From contig JAAZJX010000069.1 in assembly GCA_012800155.1 (NCBI GenBank), forward strand, positions 1 through 58,642: a stretch of 58,642 nt of DNA. Direction: 5' to 3'. This document shows positions 42,167 to 53,881 of the stretch, piece by piece; within the stretch, counting starts at the first letter, position 1; each line of letters begins with the position of its first letter. The position numbers were made by a program, and so were the translations under genes. The stretch comes from Candidatus Magasanikiibacteriota bacterium. GTDB lineage: Bacteria; Patescibacteriota; Patescibacteriia; Magasanikbacterales; UBA922. The notes beneath the pieces are model-generated. The model saw only the letters and a list, made by a program, of their open reading frames with translations. It was not told the origin of the DNA and made no database searches.

Positions 42167-42352
42167 ATGAGAAGATATTGGTCTAAGCTCACATTGAGCC
42201 AAGTTAAAAAAGGAATACCGTCTTATCCAAATGACGGTAACCAAAAAAATTCAACAAGGGATCCAAAAATTTGTCCCCGCCTACCTAATGAAGTAGATTT
42301 TCTTACTGAAAATTTTCTTCGTTCAACCGATCCTTTCCGCAATCTGCTATAA
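42167..42352 (+). CDS. Hypothetical small protein, 61 aa (mirror copy)
   Basis: Exact mirror twin of 16291..16476. An AGGAGG Shine-Dalgarno is visible at 42154..42159. Confidence 0.5.
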   Translation: MRRYWSKLTLSQVKKGIPSYPNDGNQKNSTRDPKICPRLPNEVDFLTENFLRSTDPFRNLL

Positions 42353-42430
42353 GACCAATCAAATTCTTTTCTTTGTCAACATTTCTGTTGACAACCCCCA
42401 AAAATAAACCCGCCATTTTGGCGGGATTTT

Positions 42431-42619
42431 TTATTCTTTTTCAATTACTCCTACTGGACAACTATCTATTAAATCTTGAATCTTATCTTCTTCTAATTCT
42501 AAACTAGAATCAATTATCTCTGCTTTATTTTCTTCATTCATTTTTATATTTTCTTCCCAAATATAACTACAACTTCCACAACCAACACACTTTTCTTGAT
42601 CAATTTTAATTTTTGACAT
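42431..42619 (-). CDS. Small ferredoxin (mirror copy)
   Basis: Exact mirror twin of 16024..16212. Confidence 0.85.
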   Translation of the reverse strand: MSKIKIDQEKCVGCGSCSYIWEENIKMNEENKAEIIDSSLELEEDKIQDLIDSCPVGVIEKE

Positions 42620-42670
42620 ATTTTTTATTTAAAAAATTAAATATTATTTTTAAAATTATTTTTAAAATTT

Positions 42671-43324
42671 TTAACCATAATACTTTTCAGTATAAAATCT
42701 TATTAATTGTTCAATTTCAGGAATAGCTTCCGGACTAGCCACACCTACTTTTAATTTTTTCTGTATATCTTCTAAATTTCTAGCTCCTTCCAAAACAGCT
42801 TCCTCAATATCTCGATCAGTAATCCTTAATTTTTCATCAATAATTTTGGCTCCTTCAACAACAATTCGCTGATGTTGTCCTGTTTTACGAAACCAATCAT
42901 TAATAGCCATTCGCAAAGCCTTATCTCCTAATACTGAACAATGTACTTTTTGAGCTGGTAAACCACCCAATCTTTCCATAATATCTTGAGGTTTAATTTT
43001 TAAAGCTTGATCAATTGTCAATCCATTATTTTCTGTTACTATTTCACTCATAACGCTAGTTGAAGCAATAGCTGAACCACAACCAAAAGTTTGCCATTTA
43101 CATTCTTTTATTTTTTCTGTTTTTGGATCAATTTTTAACCAAACAACCATTTCATCACCACAAGCAGGAGATCCAACTCTTCCGCTAGCATCTGCTTCAT
43201 AAATTTCTTCTTCGCCATAAAAAAGAATATTTCGCGGATTAAAAAAATGATCTTTAACTATATCACTATATAACCAAGTATTACCTTGTGCATCTCTTCC
43301 ATCAATTTTTTTATTTATTTTCAT
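42671..43324 (-). CDS. nifU: NifU/IscU-like Fe-S scaffold (mirror copy)
   Basis: Exact mirror twin of 15319..15972. Confidence 0.88.
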   Translation of the reverse strand: MKINKKIDGRDAQGNTWLYSDIVKDHFFNPRNILFYGEEEIYEADASGRVGSPACGDEMVVWLKIDPKTEKIKECKWQTFGCGSAIASTSVMSEIVTENNGLTIDQALKIKPQDIMERLGGLPAQKVHCSVLGDKALRMAINDWFRKTGQHQRIVVEGAKIIDEKLRITDRDIEEAVLEGARNLEDIQKKLKVGVASPEAIPEIEQLIRFYTEKYYG

Positions 43325-43369
43325 AACTATAATTTTAAATAGTTAATTTAAAATTTTAATTTTAATATT

Positions 43370-44608
43370 TTATTTATATTTAGCATGTTGAACAACTCCT
43401 AAATTAACTGGACTAATTTTTCTTAATTTTTCTACTATTTCAGGTAAATATTCCATTACATAATCAATATCTGCTTTGGTATTACAATGTCCTAAACTAA
43501 AACGCAAACTACCATGAGAATATTCATACGGTAAACCACAAGCAGATAAAACATGAGATGGTTCAAGTGAAGCAGATGTGCAAGCTGAACCAGTTGAACA
43601 GCAAATACCATAATTATCCAAATATAATAACAAAGCTTCTCCTTCTACATCCAAAATAGAAAAATTCAAATTATTAGGCAAACGCAATAATTCATCTTCT
43701 AATTTAGGACCATTAAGTTTAACTTTATTAATTTTTGTTTGTACTTGTTCCCAAAAATAATTTCTTAAATTAAATAATCTTTTATTTTCTGCAAGACGAT
43801 TATCTTGAACTAATTCCAAAGCTTTAGTTAAACCAATAATTCCAGAAATATTTTCTGTACCACTTCTTTGACCCATTTCTTGTCCTCCTCCAAAAAACAA
43901 AGGTTGAATTTCTACTCCACGACGCTTATATAAAACTCCCACACCTTTAGGACCATAAATCTTACTTCCATTAAAAGTCAAAAGATCTACATGTAATTTT
44001 TCTACAGCTAATTCCAAAGCACCAGCTGCCTGACAAGCATCTGTATGAAAATAAGGAAAAACAGTATTTTTTTCTTTTCTCCATTTCAAAATTTCTTTAC
44101 CAATTTCAACAATTGGTTCAATAGTACCGATCTCATTATTAGCATACATAATTGTTACTAAAATTGTTTCTGGAGTAATAGCTGATAAAACTTTTTTAGG
44201 AGAAATAAAACCTTCACTATCTGGTTCTAAATAAGTTACTGTAAATCCTTCTTTTTCTAATTGTTCACAACAACGAAGTACTGCCTGATGTTCAATTTTA
44301 CTAGTTACAATATGTTTTCCTTGATTTTGATATTTTCTAGCAATACCAAAAATTGCTAAATTATTAGATTCAGTTCCTCCACTAGTAAAAATAATATTAT
44401 CAGGTAAAGCCTGTAAAATTTTAGCCACTTTTTTTCTAGCCTCACTTAAAAATCCTTTCACTTTTAAAGCCGGAGCATATAAAGATGAAGGATTGGTAAA
44501 TTCTTTTATCCAAAAAGGTTCCATTGCTTGTTTAACTCGTTCATCTATATAAGTTGTTGCCGCATGATCTAAATATACAAAAGATTTTTTCTTTTTATTA
44601 AAAAACAT
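43370..44608 (-). CDS. nifS: Cysteine desulfurase NifS/IscS (mirror copy)
   Basis: Exact mirror twin of 14035..15273. Confidence 0.93.
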   Translation of the reverse strand: MFFNKKKKSFVYLDHAATTYIDERVKQAMEPFWIKEFTNPSSLYAPALKVKGFLSEARKKVAKILQALPDNIIFTSGGTESNNLAIFGIARKYQNQGKHIVTSKIEHQAVLRCCEQLEKEGFTVTYLEPDSEGFISPKKVLSAITPETILVTIMYANNEIGTIEPIVEIGKEILKWRKEKNTVFPYFHTDACQAAGALELAVEKLHVDLLTFNGSKIYGPKGVGVLYKRRGVEIQPLFFGGGQEMGQRSGTENISGIIGLTKALELVQDNRLAENKRLFNLRNYFWEQVQTKINKVKLNGPKLEDELLRLPNNLNFSILDVEGEALLLYLDNYGICCSTGSACTSASLEPSHVLSACGLPYEYSHGSLRFSLGHCNTKADIDYVMEYLPEIVEKLRKISPVNLGVVQHAKYK

Positions 44609-44609
44609 A

Positions 44610-45014
44610 TTAATCTTCTAATAATTCTGATAATTTTATTTTACCTAAATAATCTAATAAAGAATTATTTACTTTTTTAAAAACTTTATGAGCTGTACAA
44701 TTTTTTTCTTTTGGACAAACAACATCACTTTTCAAACAATCAATCACTGCATATTCTCCATCTAAAACTTCTAGTAAATCTTTAAGACTAATTTTAGTTA
44801 AACTTTTTTTTAAATAATAACCACCAGTTGCTCCTTTAATAGATTGAATAATACCACCTTGACGCAATTTTCTAGCAATTCTCTGTAAAAATAAAAAAGA
44901 AATATTTTTTTCATCAGAAAACTTTCGTAAACCCAAAAGCTCATTTTTATTTAAATTAGACAAAGCAAAAATAAATTGTAAACTATAACCCAATTCTTTA
45001 TTAAACTGTAACAT
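44610..45014 (-). CDS. Rrf2-family regulator (mirror copy)
   Basis: Exact mirror twin of 13629..14033. Confidence 0.85.
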   Translation of the reverse strand: MLQFNKELGYSLQFIFALSNLNKNELLGLRKFSDEKNISFLFLQRIARKLRQGGIIQSIKGATGGYYLKKSLTKISLKDLLEVLDGEYAVIDCLKSDVVCPKEKNCTAHKVFKKVNNSLLDYLGKIKLSELLED

Positions 45015-45139
45015 AAAATTTTAATTTAATAAGATAATTAAATTATACTACAAAAGTATGATTTGTCAAATTTATTAAGAAAAAAGAAATAAACACAAAA
45101 GTTTATTCCTTATTTCTTATTCTTTACTTTTTATTTTAA

Positions 45140-45727
45140 CTAAAATGGTAAAGTTAAATTAATACTTCCATTTGTTTGATTACCATCCATACTTTGTAAT
45201 TGTATTGGTAAATCAAAATTAACAGCAAATGGTACTAATTCTCCTACTAAAGTATTATAATAAAGCATTTTATTTTTTTTACCATATTCATAAATCTCTT
45301 TGGTAACTTTTACATCTTGTTCACAATATTTTTTTATTTCTTCTAATTTTCCTTCTTCAAACCATTTTTGCGCTTGAAAACCATCCGCACTTTTTTCTAT
45401 CTGTAATGTTGCTTTAGCAATATCATTTAATTTATAACGATGACCAGTAGATTCTTTAATTATTTTTAAAATATCTAATTGAGGAAAACTTAATAAATCA
45501 CCTGCATAATATTTATTCAAAATTGGTAAATCAAAATGTTCACTATTAAAACCAATTATTCTTTCAGCTTTTTCTAAGATTGGCCATAAATCTCCTAACT
45601 CATGCTCTTCAAAAGAGCGGTATTGATCATGTTCATATTCATAAATAGATACCACTGTAATTTTCATATTAGCCTGATCTCTAAGATCTCCAATAGTTTC
45701 AATATCTAAAACAACTTCTTTTGACAT
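45140..45727 (-). CDS. DEDD-family 3'-5' exonuclease-like protein (mirror copy)
   Basis: Exact mirror twin of 12916..13503. Confidence 0.75.
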   Translation of the reverse strand: MSKEVVLDIETIGDLRDQANMKITVVSIYEYEHDQYRSFEEHELGDLWPILEKAERIIGFNSEHFDLPILNKYYAGDLLSFPQLDILKIIKESTGHRYKLNDIAKATLQIEKSADGFQAQKWFEEGKLEEIKKYCEQDVKVTKEIYEYGKKNKMLYYNTLVGELVPFAVNFDLPIQLQSMDGNQTNGSINLTLPF

Positions 45728-45828
45728 AAATTATATAATTATTTTAAGTGCAATTATTTTAACACATTTATTAAAATATAAAAAGTGTAACAAATTTTTA
45801 CACTTTTTACTTGTTTATTAAATCTTAA

Positions 45829-47025
45829 TTAACTAAACATTAACCATTCTGGTTTAAAAATTAATAACAATCCAAGAATCAATATTAACAAACCACCAAC
45901 TAAATTAGTATATTTAGCATATTTAGTACCAAAAACTTTTGATTTAAGAGTAGACATCGCAATAAAAAATACCAATAAATCATCTAACATATAAAAGAAT
46001 ATATAACCAACCATATACATATATTTCTTCCAAATTGGCATTTCATTCAAAGCTAACACTTGTGTAAATATTGCTGGAAAACCAGCAGAACAAGCTAATT
46101 CTACTAAATTTACTGAAAAACCTAATAATAAAATACCTAATATTGACCACCATAAACTTTTTTTATAAACAATATCTTTAATTTTAGCAAAAATTTTTTG
46201 AGTATTTTTTTTACTAGATACTTCACAAACAACGCCTTCAGTTTTTCTACTTTTCCAAAAATCTTTTAAACTTTTTCCACCAACTCCCACTGCCACTAAA
46301 CCAATTATAATTCTTATAGCAACAACCATCCCCATAAACATCAAAAATTGAAGCCAAGCAGCCATAAAAATAAAATATACTAAGGCTGAAGAAAATATAA
46401 AAATACTACCCAAAAGCCACATCCTTTTTTTATCTTCCATCCCCAAAAGTAAAGTAATTAAAAAAAGCAAAACCCACATTGCACAAGGATTGAAGCCGTC
46501 TAATAAACCAATAATTATTGTTAAAACTGGTAAAGAAAATTGTTCTAAATCTATTTCTCCTAAAAAAGGAATATTTATATATTCAGAATTGTTATTTATT
46601 TTTTCCTCTTTTTCTAATAAACCGCGTTCTAATAATTTATTCTCCACAATACCCATAATTTTATTACCAGTCGTTTTATTATTAGCAAAACCAACTACCA
46701 CTTCACCATCTATAAAAGCTACTGGTACTCCACTAGTTTGTACATTATAAAATTTTATATATTGTTGAAAAATTTGTTGATTTTCAGAACTTTTACTTAC
46801 TTCATACATTTTTAAATCAATAAAATCACCATATTCTTTCATTAGCTTAGTATTGATAAACTTAATTTGATCTTTGCAATGTGGACAAGTTTCTGAATAA
46901 AAAAAAACATATTCTACTTTATTTTCATTTGTCGTCGCAATTTCTTCTGCTTGAACTGGAGAAACAAAAGAAAAAATACTTAAGCAAAAAGAAATTAATA
47001 ATAAAAAAATAAAAAATCTTTTCAT
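45829..47025 (-). CDS. Thioredoxin-fold / DsbD-CcdA-like membrane fusion (mirror copy)
   Basis: Exact mirror twin of 11618..12814. Confidence 0.7.
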   Translation of the reverse strand: MKRFFIFLLLISFCLSIFSFVSPVQAEEIATTNENKVEYVFFYSETCPHCKDQIKFINTKLMKEYGDFIDLKMYEVSKSSENQQIFQQYIKFYNVQTSGVPVAFIDGEVVVGFANNKTTGNKIMGIVENKLLERGLLEKEEKINNNSEYINIPFLGEIDLEQFSLPVLTIIIGLLDGFNPCAMWVLLFLITLLLGMEDKKRMWLLGSIFIFSSALVYFIFMAAWLQFLMFMGMVVAIRIIIGLVAVGVGGKSLKDFWKSRKTEGVVCEVSSKKNTQKIFAKIKDIVYKKSLWWSILGILLLGFSVNLVELACSAGFPAIFTQVLALNEMPIWKKYMYMVGYIFFYMLDDLLVFFIAMSTLKSKVFGTKYAKYTNLVGGLLILILGLLLIFKPEWLMFS

Positions 47026-47173
47026 AAAATATTTATATAATACAAAAAATTATCAAGACAATTATAATACAATTATTTTTTTTGGTCAATCTAAATAATT
47101 AATAACAGTTGACAAAAAACTAATTATATTATACTATAATAGTATGAGAAGAACTAATTATTAAATTAAATTT

Positions 47174-47755
47174 ATGAAATTTACACTTCCAAAACTTAAT
47201 TTTACCTTTGATGCTCTAGAACCAAACATAGATGCTCAAACAGTAGAAACACATTATACCAAACATCATCAAGGATATATGGATAACTTTCAAATTTTAG
47301 TAGATAAATATCCTGAATTAAAAAATCTGACAGCTGAAAAAATACTTACTGATTTAGAAAAATTAAATATAAATAATATAGACCGAACAAAATTAAAAAA
47401 TATGGGTGGCGGTTATTTAAATCATAATATTTATTGGTCCAATCTAAATCCTAATAATACTAAAGATAAAAATTTAATAAAAAAAATAAATCGTGATTTT
47501 GGTTCAATTAAAAAATTCAAAGAACAATTCACTCAACTTGCCACTACTTTATTTGGATCTGGTTGGGTTTGGTTAGTAGAAAAATCTGATGGAAAATTGG
47601 ATATTTATCAATTACCTAATCAAGACTCTCCACTAACTCTGGGACATAAACCTATCTTAGCTCTTGATGTTTGGGAACATGCTTATTATCTGAAATATAA
47701 AAATAAACGCATTGATTATATTAATGCTTGGTGGAATTTAATAAAATTAATTTAA
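47174..47755 (+). CDS. sodA: Superoxide dismutase, Mn-type signature (mirror copy)
   Basis: Exact mirror twin of 10888..11469. Confidence 0.9.
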   Translation: MKFTLPKLNFTFDALEPNIDAQTVETHYTKHHQGYMDNFQILVDKYPELKNLTAEKILTDLEKLNINNIDRTKLKNMGGGYLNHNIYWSNLNPNNTKDKNLIKKINRDFGSIKKFKEQFTQLATTLFGSGWVWLVEKSDGKLDIYQLPNQDSPLTLGHKPILALDVWEHAYYLKYKNKRIDYINAWWNLIKLI

Positions 47756-47876
47756 AATAAAATTATTAACTAAATACTAATTTATTTTTTATTTTCTATT
47801 TATAAAGAGTTTTAAATAAAAAATTAAAACCCCAGTTTAACTGGGGTTTTTATATATTAAATTTATAAATTAGTAT

Positions 47877-49271
47877 TTAATAATCACGCAATTTACTAGA
47901 AATATCAAAAGTTTGAATCTTATCTAAAGCTTTTGCTTCAATCTGACGAATACGCTCGCGTGTTACATCAAATTCCTTACCAACTTCTTCCAAAGTATGC
48001 GTTACTCCATCCACTAATCCAAAACGCATTTCTAAAATCTTTTGTTCTCGAGGAGATAAATCTTTCATTGCTTCTTTGATATAATCACGCAATAATTCTC
48101 TACCAGCTGATTGCGAAGGACTAACAGTTTTTACATCTTCAATAAAATCTGATAAAGAAGAATCGTCATCGTCATCATCACCAACCGAAGTTTCCAAAGA
48201 AATTGTTTCTTGAGAAATTTTAATAATATGTTTAATTTTATCTAAATCTTCTCCCATTTCTGCAGCTAATTCTTCTGGAGTCGCATCACGACCTAAATCT
48301 TGTAATAAACGACGAGAAATTTGTTGAAAACGATTGATAGTTTCTACCATATGAACTGGAATACGAATTGTTCTAGATTGATCAGCTAAAGCACGAGTAA
48401 TAGCTTGACGAATCCACCAAGTTGCATAAGTAGAAAATTTATAACCTTTTCGATGATCAAATTTTTTAACAGCTCGAAATAAACCAATATTTCCTTCTTG
48501 AATTAAATCCAAAAGCGAAAGTTGTTTTCCTACAAACTTTTTGGCAATAGATACAACTAAACGCAAGTTAGCTTGAATCAATTTTTTTTCAGCTTCTCTA
48601 TCCCCTTTTTCTTTTCTTTTAGCCAAAGAAACTTCTTGATCAGCAGTTAAAAGTGGAATCTTACCAATCTCGCGTAAATACATTTGAATAGAATCTTGAG
48701 AAATAGCGCCTAAATCAAATTCTCCTTCTACATCAGGTTGTTCACCTTGAAATTCTTGTAACAATTCTGCATTATCATTTTTCTTACCTAAAAAACCTTC
48801 TCGCATTTCCACTACAGAAATTCTATTTTTATCCATTAAATCCAAAGCAAATTCATAATATTCCAAATAACATTCCAAACGAGGAAAAAGATTTAAAACT
48901 TCTACTTCTGTTAAAAATCCTCTACTTCTACCTTTATCTACTAAATTTTTAATGGCTAATTCATCTGGTGGATTTACTATTTCTTGATCAATTACAAAAC
49001 CAGACTTAGTTAAAGTCTTATTTTTTTTATTTTTTGGAGAAACTAATTTCTTATTTGGTTTTGAAACTGTTTTCTTTTTGGTAACTTTCTTAATAGTTTT
49101 TGTAGTCCGTTTTGATGGTTTGCGGACTGGTTTTTTGATAGCTTTTTGAGCTTTGGAAACAACCTTTTGGGTTGTCTTTTTTTTCTTTGTAACTGATTTT
49201 TTAGTTACAGTTTTAGTTGTCTTGTTCTTTTGAGTTTTTTTAACACTCTTTTGAACTTTTTTTCTCGGCAT
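47877..49271 (-). CDS. rpoD: Primary sigma-70 factor (mirror copy)
   Basis: Exact mirror twin of 9372..10766. Confidence 0.95.
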   Translation of the reverse strand: MPRKKVQKSVKKTQKNKTTKTVTKKSVTKKKKTTQKVVSKAQKAIKKPVRKPSKRTTKTIKKVTKKKTVSKPNKKLVSPKNKKNKTLTKSGFVIDQEIVNPPDELAIKNLVDKGRSRGFLTEVEVLNLFPRLECYLEYYEFALDLMDKNRISVVEMREGFLGKKNDNAELLQEFQGEQPDVEGEFDLGAISQDSIQMYLREIGKIPLLTADQEVSLAKRKEKGDREAEKKLIQANLRLVVSIAKKFVGKQLSLLDLIQEGNIGLFRAVKKFDHRKGYKFSTYATWWIRQAITRALADQSRTIRIPVHMVETINRFQQISRRLLQDLGRDATPEELAAEMGEDLDKIKHIIKISQETISLETSVGDDDDDDSSLSDFIEDVKTVSPSQSAGRELLRDYIKEAMKDLSPREQKILEMRFGLVDGVTHTLEEVGKEFDVTRERIRQIEAKALDKIQTFDISSKLRDY

Positions 49272-49300
49272 GAGAAAATAATTATTAATTAATTTTATTT

Positions 49301-51082
49301 TTATAATTGATTAATTTGAGTCCACTCAGCAATTAAAGCATTTTCTTTTTCTCTGTCATTATTTTTTGCAGCTTGAGCAATTTTTATTTTTAATTCTTCA
49401 TTTTTTTTTCTTTTCCACCTTGTTTTTATTAAAACAATAATATTTTCTAATTCTTTTTTAGCATCTTCTTCTAAAAAATTAGAAAACTCCCATTCTGATT
49501 GCAAGAGTAAAATATCTAAATTTTTTTTATCTTCAGCTTTTACCTGATTTTTAATTTCTTCTAAAGTATACTCTTTTTTTATCAATTCGTAAAGAGAATT
49601 AAAAATACTTTCTTCAATAATTTTTTCCAATCCTGATTTTAATAACTTTTCTCTTAAAAAAGGATATTTCAAAATTAAAGCTAATAATCTTTCTAATAAT
49701 AAAGCTAAAGGATCTTTTTTTATAATTTTTTCAGATTCTAATTTTTTTTCAGCTGAATTCAATTTATTCACATTTTTTTTGGTAGCTACTCTTTTTAGAT
49801 CATCTCTTAATACCACAACATCCACTCTAACAATTTCAGAAAGTTTTCTCAACCAATGATCTTTTTCTACTGCATAAGGAATACGCGCAATTTCTAATAA
49901 TATTTCATCTACTGCTTGTTGTTTTTCTTGATAATTAGTAATATCTTTTTTAGAAAAAACTTTGGAAAAATACCAATCCATCACATCTTGAGCATTATTA
50001 ACTGCTTCAAACCAAATATCTGGATTTTTTTTTAAACATTCATCTGGATCTTTTCCTTTTCCTTCAGGAATACGAATCACCCGAACTCTCATTCCCGCTT
50101 CAATAGCTAAATCAATTCCTCTCTTAGCTGCATTTTGACCAGCGTCATCAACATCAAAAGCCATATTGATATTTTTGGAATAACGCTGTAATAATTTTAT
50201 TTGTTCTTCAGTCAAAGCTGTACCAGAAGAAGCTACTACATTTTTCATACCAGCTTGATGACAAGCAATTGCATCCATCTGACCTTCAACAATTACTACT
50301 AAATCTTTAGTTTTAACTTCTTGTTTTGCTTTTTCTAAACCAAATATTACTCTAGATTTATCATAAACTATTGTTTGTGGAGTATTTACATATTTACCTC
50401 CAGAATTTTCTTTTTCTACCAAAATTCTTCCAGTAAAACCAACTACTTCACCATGAACATCACGAATAGGAAACATAATCCGACCACGAAAACGATCATA
50501 AAAACCTCTTACTCCACCTGATTCAGTACCTTCTTTTCTAATAGTCAAACCTGAAGCAACTAAATCATCAACTGCAAAACCTTTTTTTAATAAATACTGA
50601 GTTAATAAATCCCACTGCTCAGGAATAAAACCAATTTGCCATTCATCAATAGTTTCTAATTTTATTCCTCTTTCTTCTAAATATTTCAAAGCGTCTTTTG
50701 CTGTAGACATTTTTATTAAAAAATTATAAAAAAAACGAGCAGCTTCTTTATTGATTTGTTTAATTCTATTTTTTTGATTATTATCTACTTCACTGCGACG
50801 ATTTGATAATTCTATTCCCGCTCGATTGGCCAAATAACGCAAAGCTTCCACAAATTCCATACCTTCCATTTCTTGAATAAAAGAAAAAATATCTCCACCT
50901 TTTCCACAACCAAAACAATGCCAATTTTGTCTTTCACTACTAACCATAAATGATGGAGTTTTCTCATTATGAAAAGGACATAAACCTTTTTTATTTGCAC
51001 CTGCTGGTTTTAATTGAATATATTCACCAATTAAATCTGCTACATCAATTTTATCTTTTATTTGTTGAATTTCATCTGACAT
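49301..51082 (-). CDS. dnaG: DNA primase (mirror copy)
   Basis: Exact mirror twin of 7561..9342. Confidence 0.95.
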   Translation of the reverse strand: MSDEIQQIKDKIDVADLIGEYIQLKPAGANKKGLCPFHNEKTPSFMVSSERQNWHCFGCGKGGDIFSFIQEMEGMEFVEALRYLANRAGIELSNRRSEVDNNQKNRIKQINKEAARFFYNFLIKMSTAKDALKYLEERGIKLETIDEWQIGFIPEQWDLLTQYLLKKGFAVDDLVASGLTIRKEGTESGGVRGFYDRFRGRIMFPIRDVHGEVVGFTGRILVEKENSGGKYVNTPQTIVYDKSRVIFGLEKAKQEVKTKDLVVIVEGQMDAIACHQAGMKNVVASSGTALTEEQIKLLQRYSKNINMAFDVDDAGQNAAKRGIDLAIEAGMRVRVIRIPEGKGKDPDECLKKNPDIWFEAVNNAQDVMDWYFSKVFSKKDITNYQEKQQAVDEILLEIARIPYAVEKDHWLRKLSEIVRVDVVVLRDDLKRVATKKNVNKLNSAEKKLESEKIIKKDPLALLLERLLALILKYPFLREKLLKSGLEKIIEESIFNSLYELIKKEYTLEEIKNQVKAEDKKNLDILLLQSEWEFSNFLEEDAKKELENIIVLIKTRWKRKKNEELKIKIAQAAKNNDREKENALIAEWTQINQL

Positions 51083-51194
51083 AATTTAATCAACTTTTTT
51101 ATTTATCTTTAAATTTTAAATCAATAATATTTATAGACTATCTCAAAAACAAGAATAAATCAATAGTCTTAAAACTCACTTTGGAAAGTGAGTT

Positions 51195-52649
51195 TTAACC
51201 AAATTTTATTATATTATCGTCATTACCAATACTGCCAGAATCTGTTTGATATTTTGTTGTCTCATTTTTATCTTTTTTTATTATTTTAGATTCATCTCGA
51301 TCTTGTATATTGCTTACTACCTGATTATATATTGATTCTATAGGTAAACCAACTGGAGGTTCTGAGCGTTTAGAAATAGTTTTTTGTACTTGAGGTGTTT
51401 TCACATGAGACATAGGAAAATGCCAAATAGTAGCTAGCTCTTCTGTATTTAACACAAAAGGATTACTACCAGTCTTTATTTTTCTATTTTTATAAGCCTT
51501 AATTAAATTAGCTTTTCTGAGAGCAGATTTTTTTTCTTTTCCAAAATAAAATACACTTGTAGTAAATTTTGGCACAATAGAATTGGCACTAGGTATATTA
51601 AATTGTTGTATAGCTCCCACCAAAGCATTGATTCCTCTTTCTGATTTAAAAACTTCATTTCTAGCTAAATAAACTCCTCGCATTTTGGTTTTAAATCCAA
51701 CTTTAGTAATTTTTTCTTCCATAGCTTCAACTATTTTTGTTTGTCCTGGTGTAAGATATTTAAGTTGATTTGGTTCAGATTGTTTACTTTTTTCTTCTCC
51801 ATTTTCAGCTCTAATAGTTCCAAAAACTTGAGCGCTAATTTCATCCCAAGTTTTAGCAACTTCTCTTTCAAAAGGTAAACCAAAACCAGATTTTTTCTTA
51901 GTGCTAACATCTCCAATAACTTCTTTAATTTTTTTAATAGCATCTTCTTTCCAACTATTAGAAATAGGTTCAATAATTATTTGAAACCACATTTGTTCTC
52001 CTGAACCAATTCTAGAAAAACTTTCTAAAAAGGCACTCATTGGATCTTTTAAAACTGTATCTTTGGATATATTGTGTTCAAAATATCTATAAGTTCTAAT
52101 TGGAAAAGCATCATTCTCAGCTAAAGAAAAATCTCCTACCCAAACATCATAATCTGGATCTGGATAAATTTCTGGAGCAATATCAACATAATCTTCTACT
52201 TCAGTAATATCTGCATCTGGATATTGCGCATAAATAGCTGCTTCTATTAAATCACGAAAAATTTCTTCAGTCCGAACTAAAAACTGAATATAACCTTCAA
52301 TACTAATAATTTCAAAACTAAACCATCGTTGTCTAACTCCATTTTTGAAAACTTTTTCTATATTCAAACTATCAAAAGCTCCAGCTAAATGAGCAAATAA
52401 CTGTTCTACAGCTTTTGGAGTTTGAACATTTTCTAAAGGAACATCAATCGCTAATAAAACCCATTTCCAATCAGCAGTATAATGATTAGTTTTATATTCT
52501 ATCCAATAATAAACTGAAAGAAAAAATAATAAATAAGCTAACACTACCCAACCAATAATAATGACAACATCAAAAACTACTTCAAAAGTAGGACGCAAAA
52601 AAAACTGTAATATTAAATCTAAATCAATATAAAAAGGACCTAAAAACAT
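51195..52649 (-). CDS. Membrane-anchored protein of unknown function, 484 aa (mirror copy)
   Basis: Exact mirror twin of 5994..7448. Confidence 0.6.
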   Translation of the reverse strand: MFLGPFYIDLDLILQFFLRPTFEVVFDVVIIIGWVVLAYLLFFLSVYYWIEYKTNHYTADWKWVLLAIDVPLENVQTPKAVEQLFAHLAGAFDSLNIEKVFKNGVRQRWFSFEIISIEGYIQFLVRTEEIFRDLIEAAIYAQYPDADITEVEDYVDIAPEIYPDPDYDVWVGDFSLAENDAFPIRTYRYFEHNISKDTVLKDPMSAFLESFSRIGSGEQMWFQIIIEPISNSWKEDAIKKIKEVIGDVSTKKKSGFGLPFEREVAKTWDEISAQVFGTIRAENGEEKSKQSEPNQLKYLTPGQTKIVEAMEEKITKVGFKTKMRGVYLARNEVFKSERGINALVGAIQQFNIPSANSIVPKFTTSVFYFGKEKKSALRKANLIKAYKNRKIKTGSNPFVLNTEELATIWHFPMSHVKTPQVQKTISKRSEPPVGLPIESIYNQVVSNIQDRDESKIIKKDKNETTKYQTDSGSIGNDDNIIKFG

Positions 52650-52651
52650 AT

Positions 52652-52813
52652 TTAGACTTCTATTAATTTATAAATAATAACATAAATTATAATGATACCA
52701 AAAACTGTCCACCACCAACCATTTAAACTAGAAAAATAACCTGACAACCAAGCTAAACCAACAGCAATAGTAACAGCTAAAGATATCAAATGACGAATAA
52801 AATTATCTGACAT
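52652..52813 (-). CDS. Small hydrophobic membrane protein, 53 aa (mirror copy)
   Basis: Exact mirror twin of 5830..5991. The complement of the start codon, CAT, is at 52811..52813. Confidence 0.45.
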   Translation of the reverse strand: MSDNFIRHLISLAVTIAVGLAWLSGYFSSLNGWWWTVFGIIIIYVIIYKLIEV

Positions 52814-52962
52814 AAAATTAATTTTAAGATTTATAAAATCTTATGTCTATAAAATATAAAAAACAAAATTTTAGACTTTCAAATTCTATAAATTTTAACT
52901 TATTAACATTATACCACAAAAAAATAAAAAACCCCACCAGTAGGGGGATTTTTATTTAATTA

Positions 52963-53880
52963 TTATTTATTTCTTCTTTTTTCATCCCAATTATGCCAAA
53001 CTACTAATAATGGACTGGCTACAAAAATAGATGAATAAGCGCCTAAAAAAATACCAATTATCAAAGCTAAAGAAAAGTTTTTTATTGTTACGCCACCGAA
53101 AAAATACAAAGCTGACAAAGCTAATAAAGTAGTCAAAGTAGTATTGATAGATCGAGCAATAGTATCATTAATAGCTTTATTTACCAAACTCGAAAAATCA
53201 TCCACACTATGCTTAATAAGATTTTCTCTAATTCGATCAAAAACTACAATCGTATCATTAACTGAATAACCAAGTACTGTCAATAAAGCCACTACAAAAG
53301 CTGTATCCACTTCTACTCCAGCAAATTTACCTAAAATTGCAAAAACTCCTGCTGTAATTACTATATTATGCACTAAACCAACTACTGCTACTGCACCATA
53401 TTTCCAAGAAGCTACTGGTCGAGAAACTTTTCTAAATGCATAAGCAATAAATAAAATAATACCAATACAAACAGTAATAATAGCTGTAAACGAACGATTA
53501 CGTAAAGAAGAACTGACAGAAGAACCAATAGTTTCAAATCTTTGTTCCAAAACTTTACTTTCTTCATTTTCAAAATTAGTTCTTAAATTAGATAATAAAT
53601 TTTGATGTTCTTCTTCTGTTAAAAATTTAGTTTTAATAATAACTCCATTATTATCTGTAGTTTGTACTACAACTGTGCCAAAATTCATACTTTGAACTAA
53701 CTCTCTAACTTGTGTTACTTCTGGACGATTATTAGAAAAACTAACTTCTAATAAAGATCCACCTGTAAAATCCATACCCGGTTTTAAACCAAAAACAAAC
53801 AAAAAGAATAAAGCCGTTATAAACAAAATTCCAGAGATAGTAAAAGTAAAATTTCTTTTTCCAATAAAATTAATTTGCAT
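52963..53880 (-). CDS. secF: Protein translocase subunit SecF (mirror copy)
   Basis: Exact mirror twin of 4763..5680. Confidence 0.93.
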   Translation of the reverse strand: MQINFIGKRNFTFTISGILFITALFFLFVFGLKPGMDFTGGSLLEVSFSNNRPEVTQVRELVQSMNFGTVVVQTTDNNGVIIKTKFLTEEEHQNLLSNLRTNFENEESKVLEQRFETIGSSVSSSLRNRSFTAIITVCIGIILFIAYAFRKVSRPVASWKYGAVAVVGLVHNIVITAGVFAILGKFAGVEVDTAFVVALLTVLGYSVNDTIVVFDRIRENLIKHSVDDFSSLVNKAINDTIARSINTTLTTLLALSALYFFGGVTIKNFSLALIIGIFLGAYSSIFVASPLLVVWHNWDEKRRNK

Positions 53881-53881
53881 A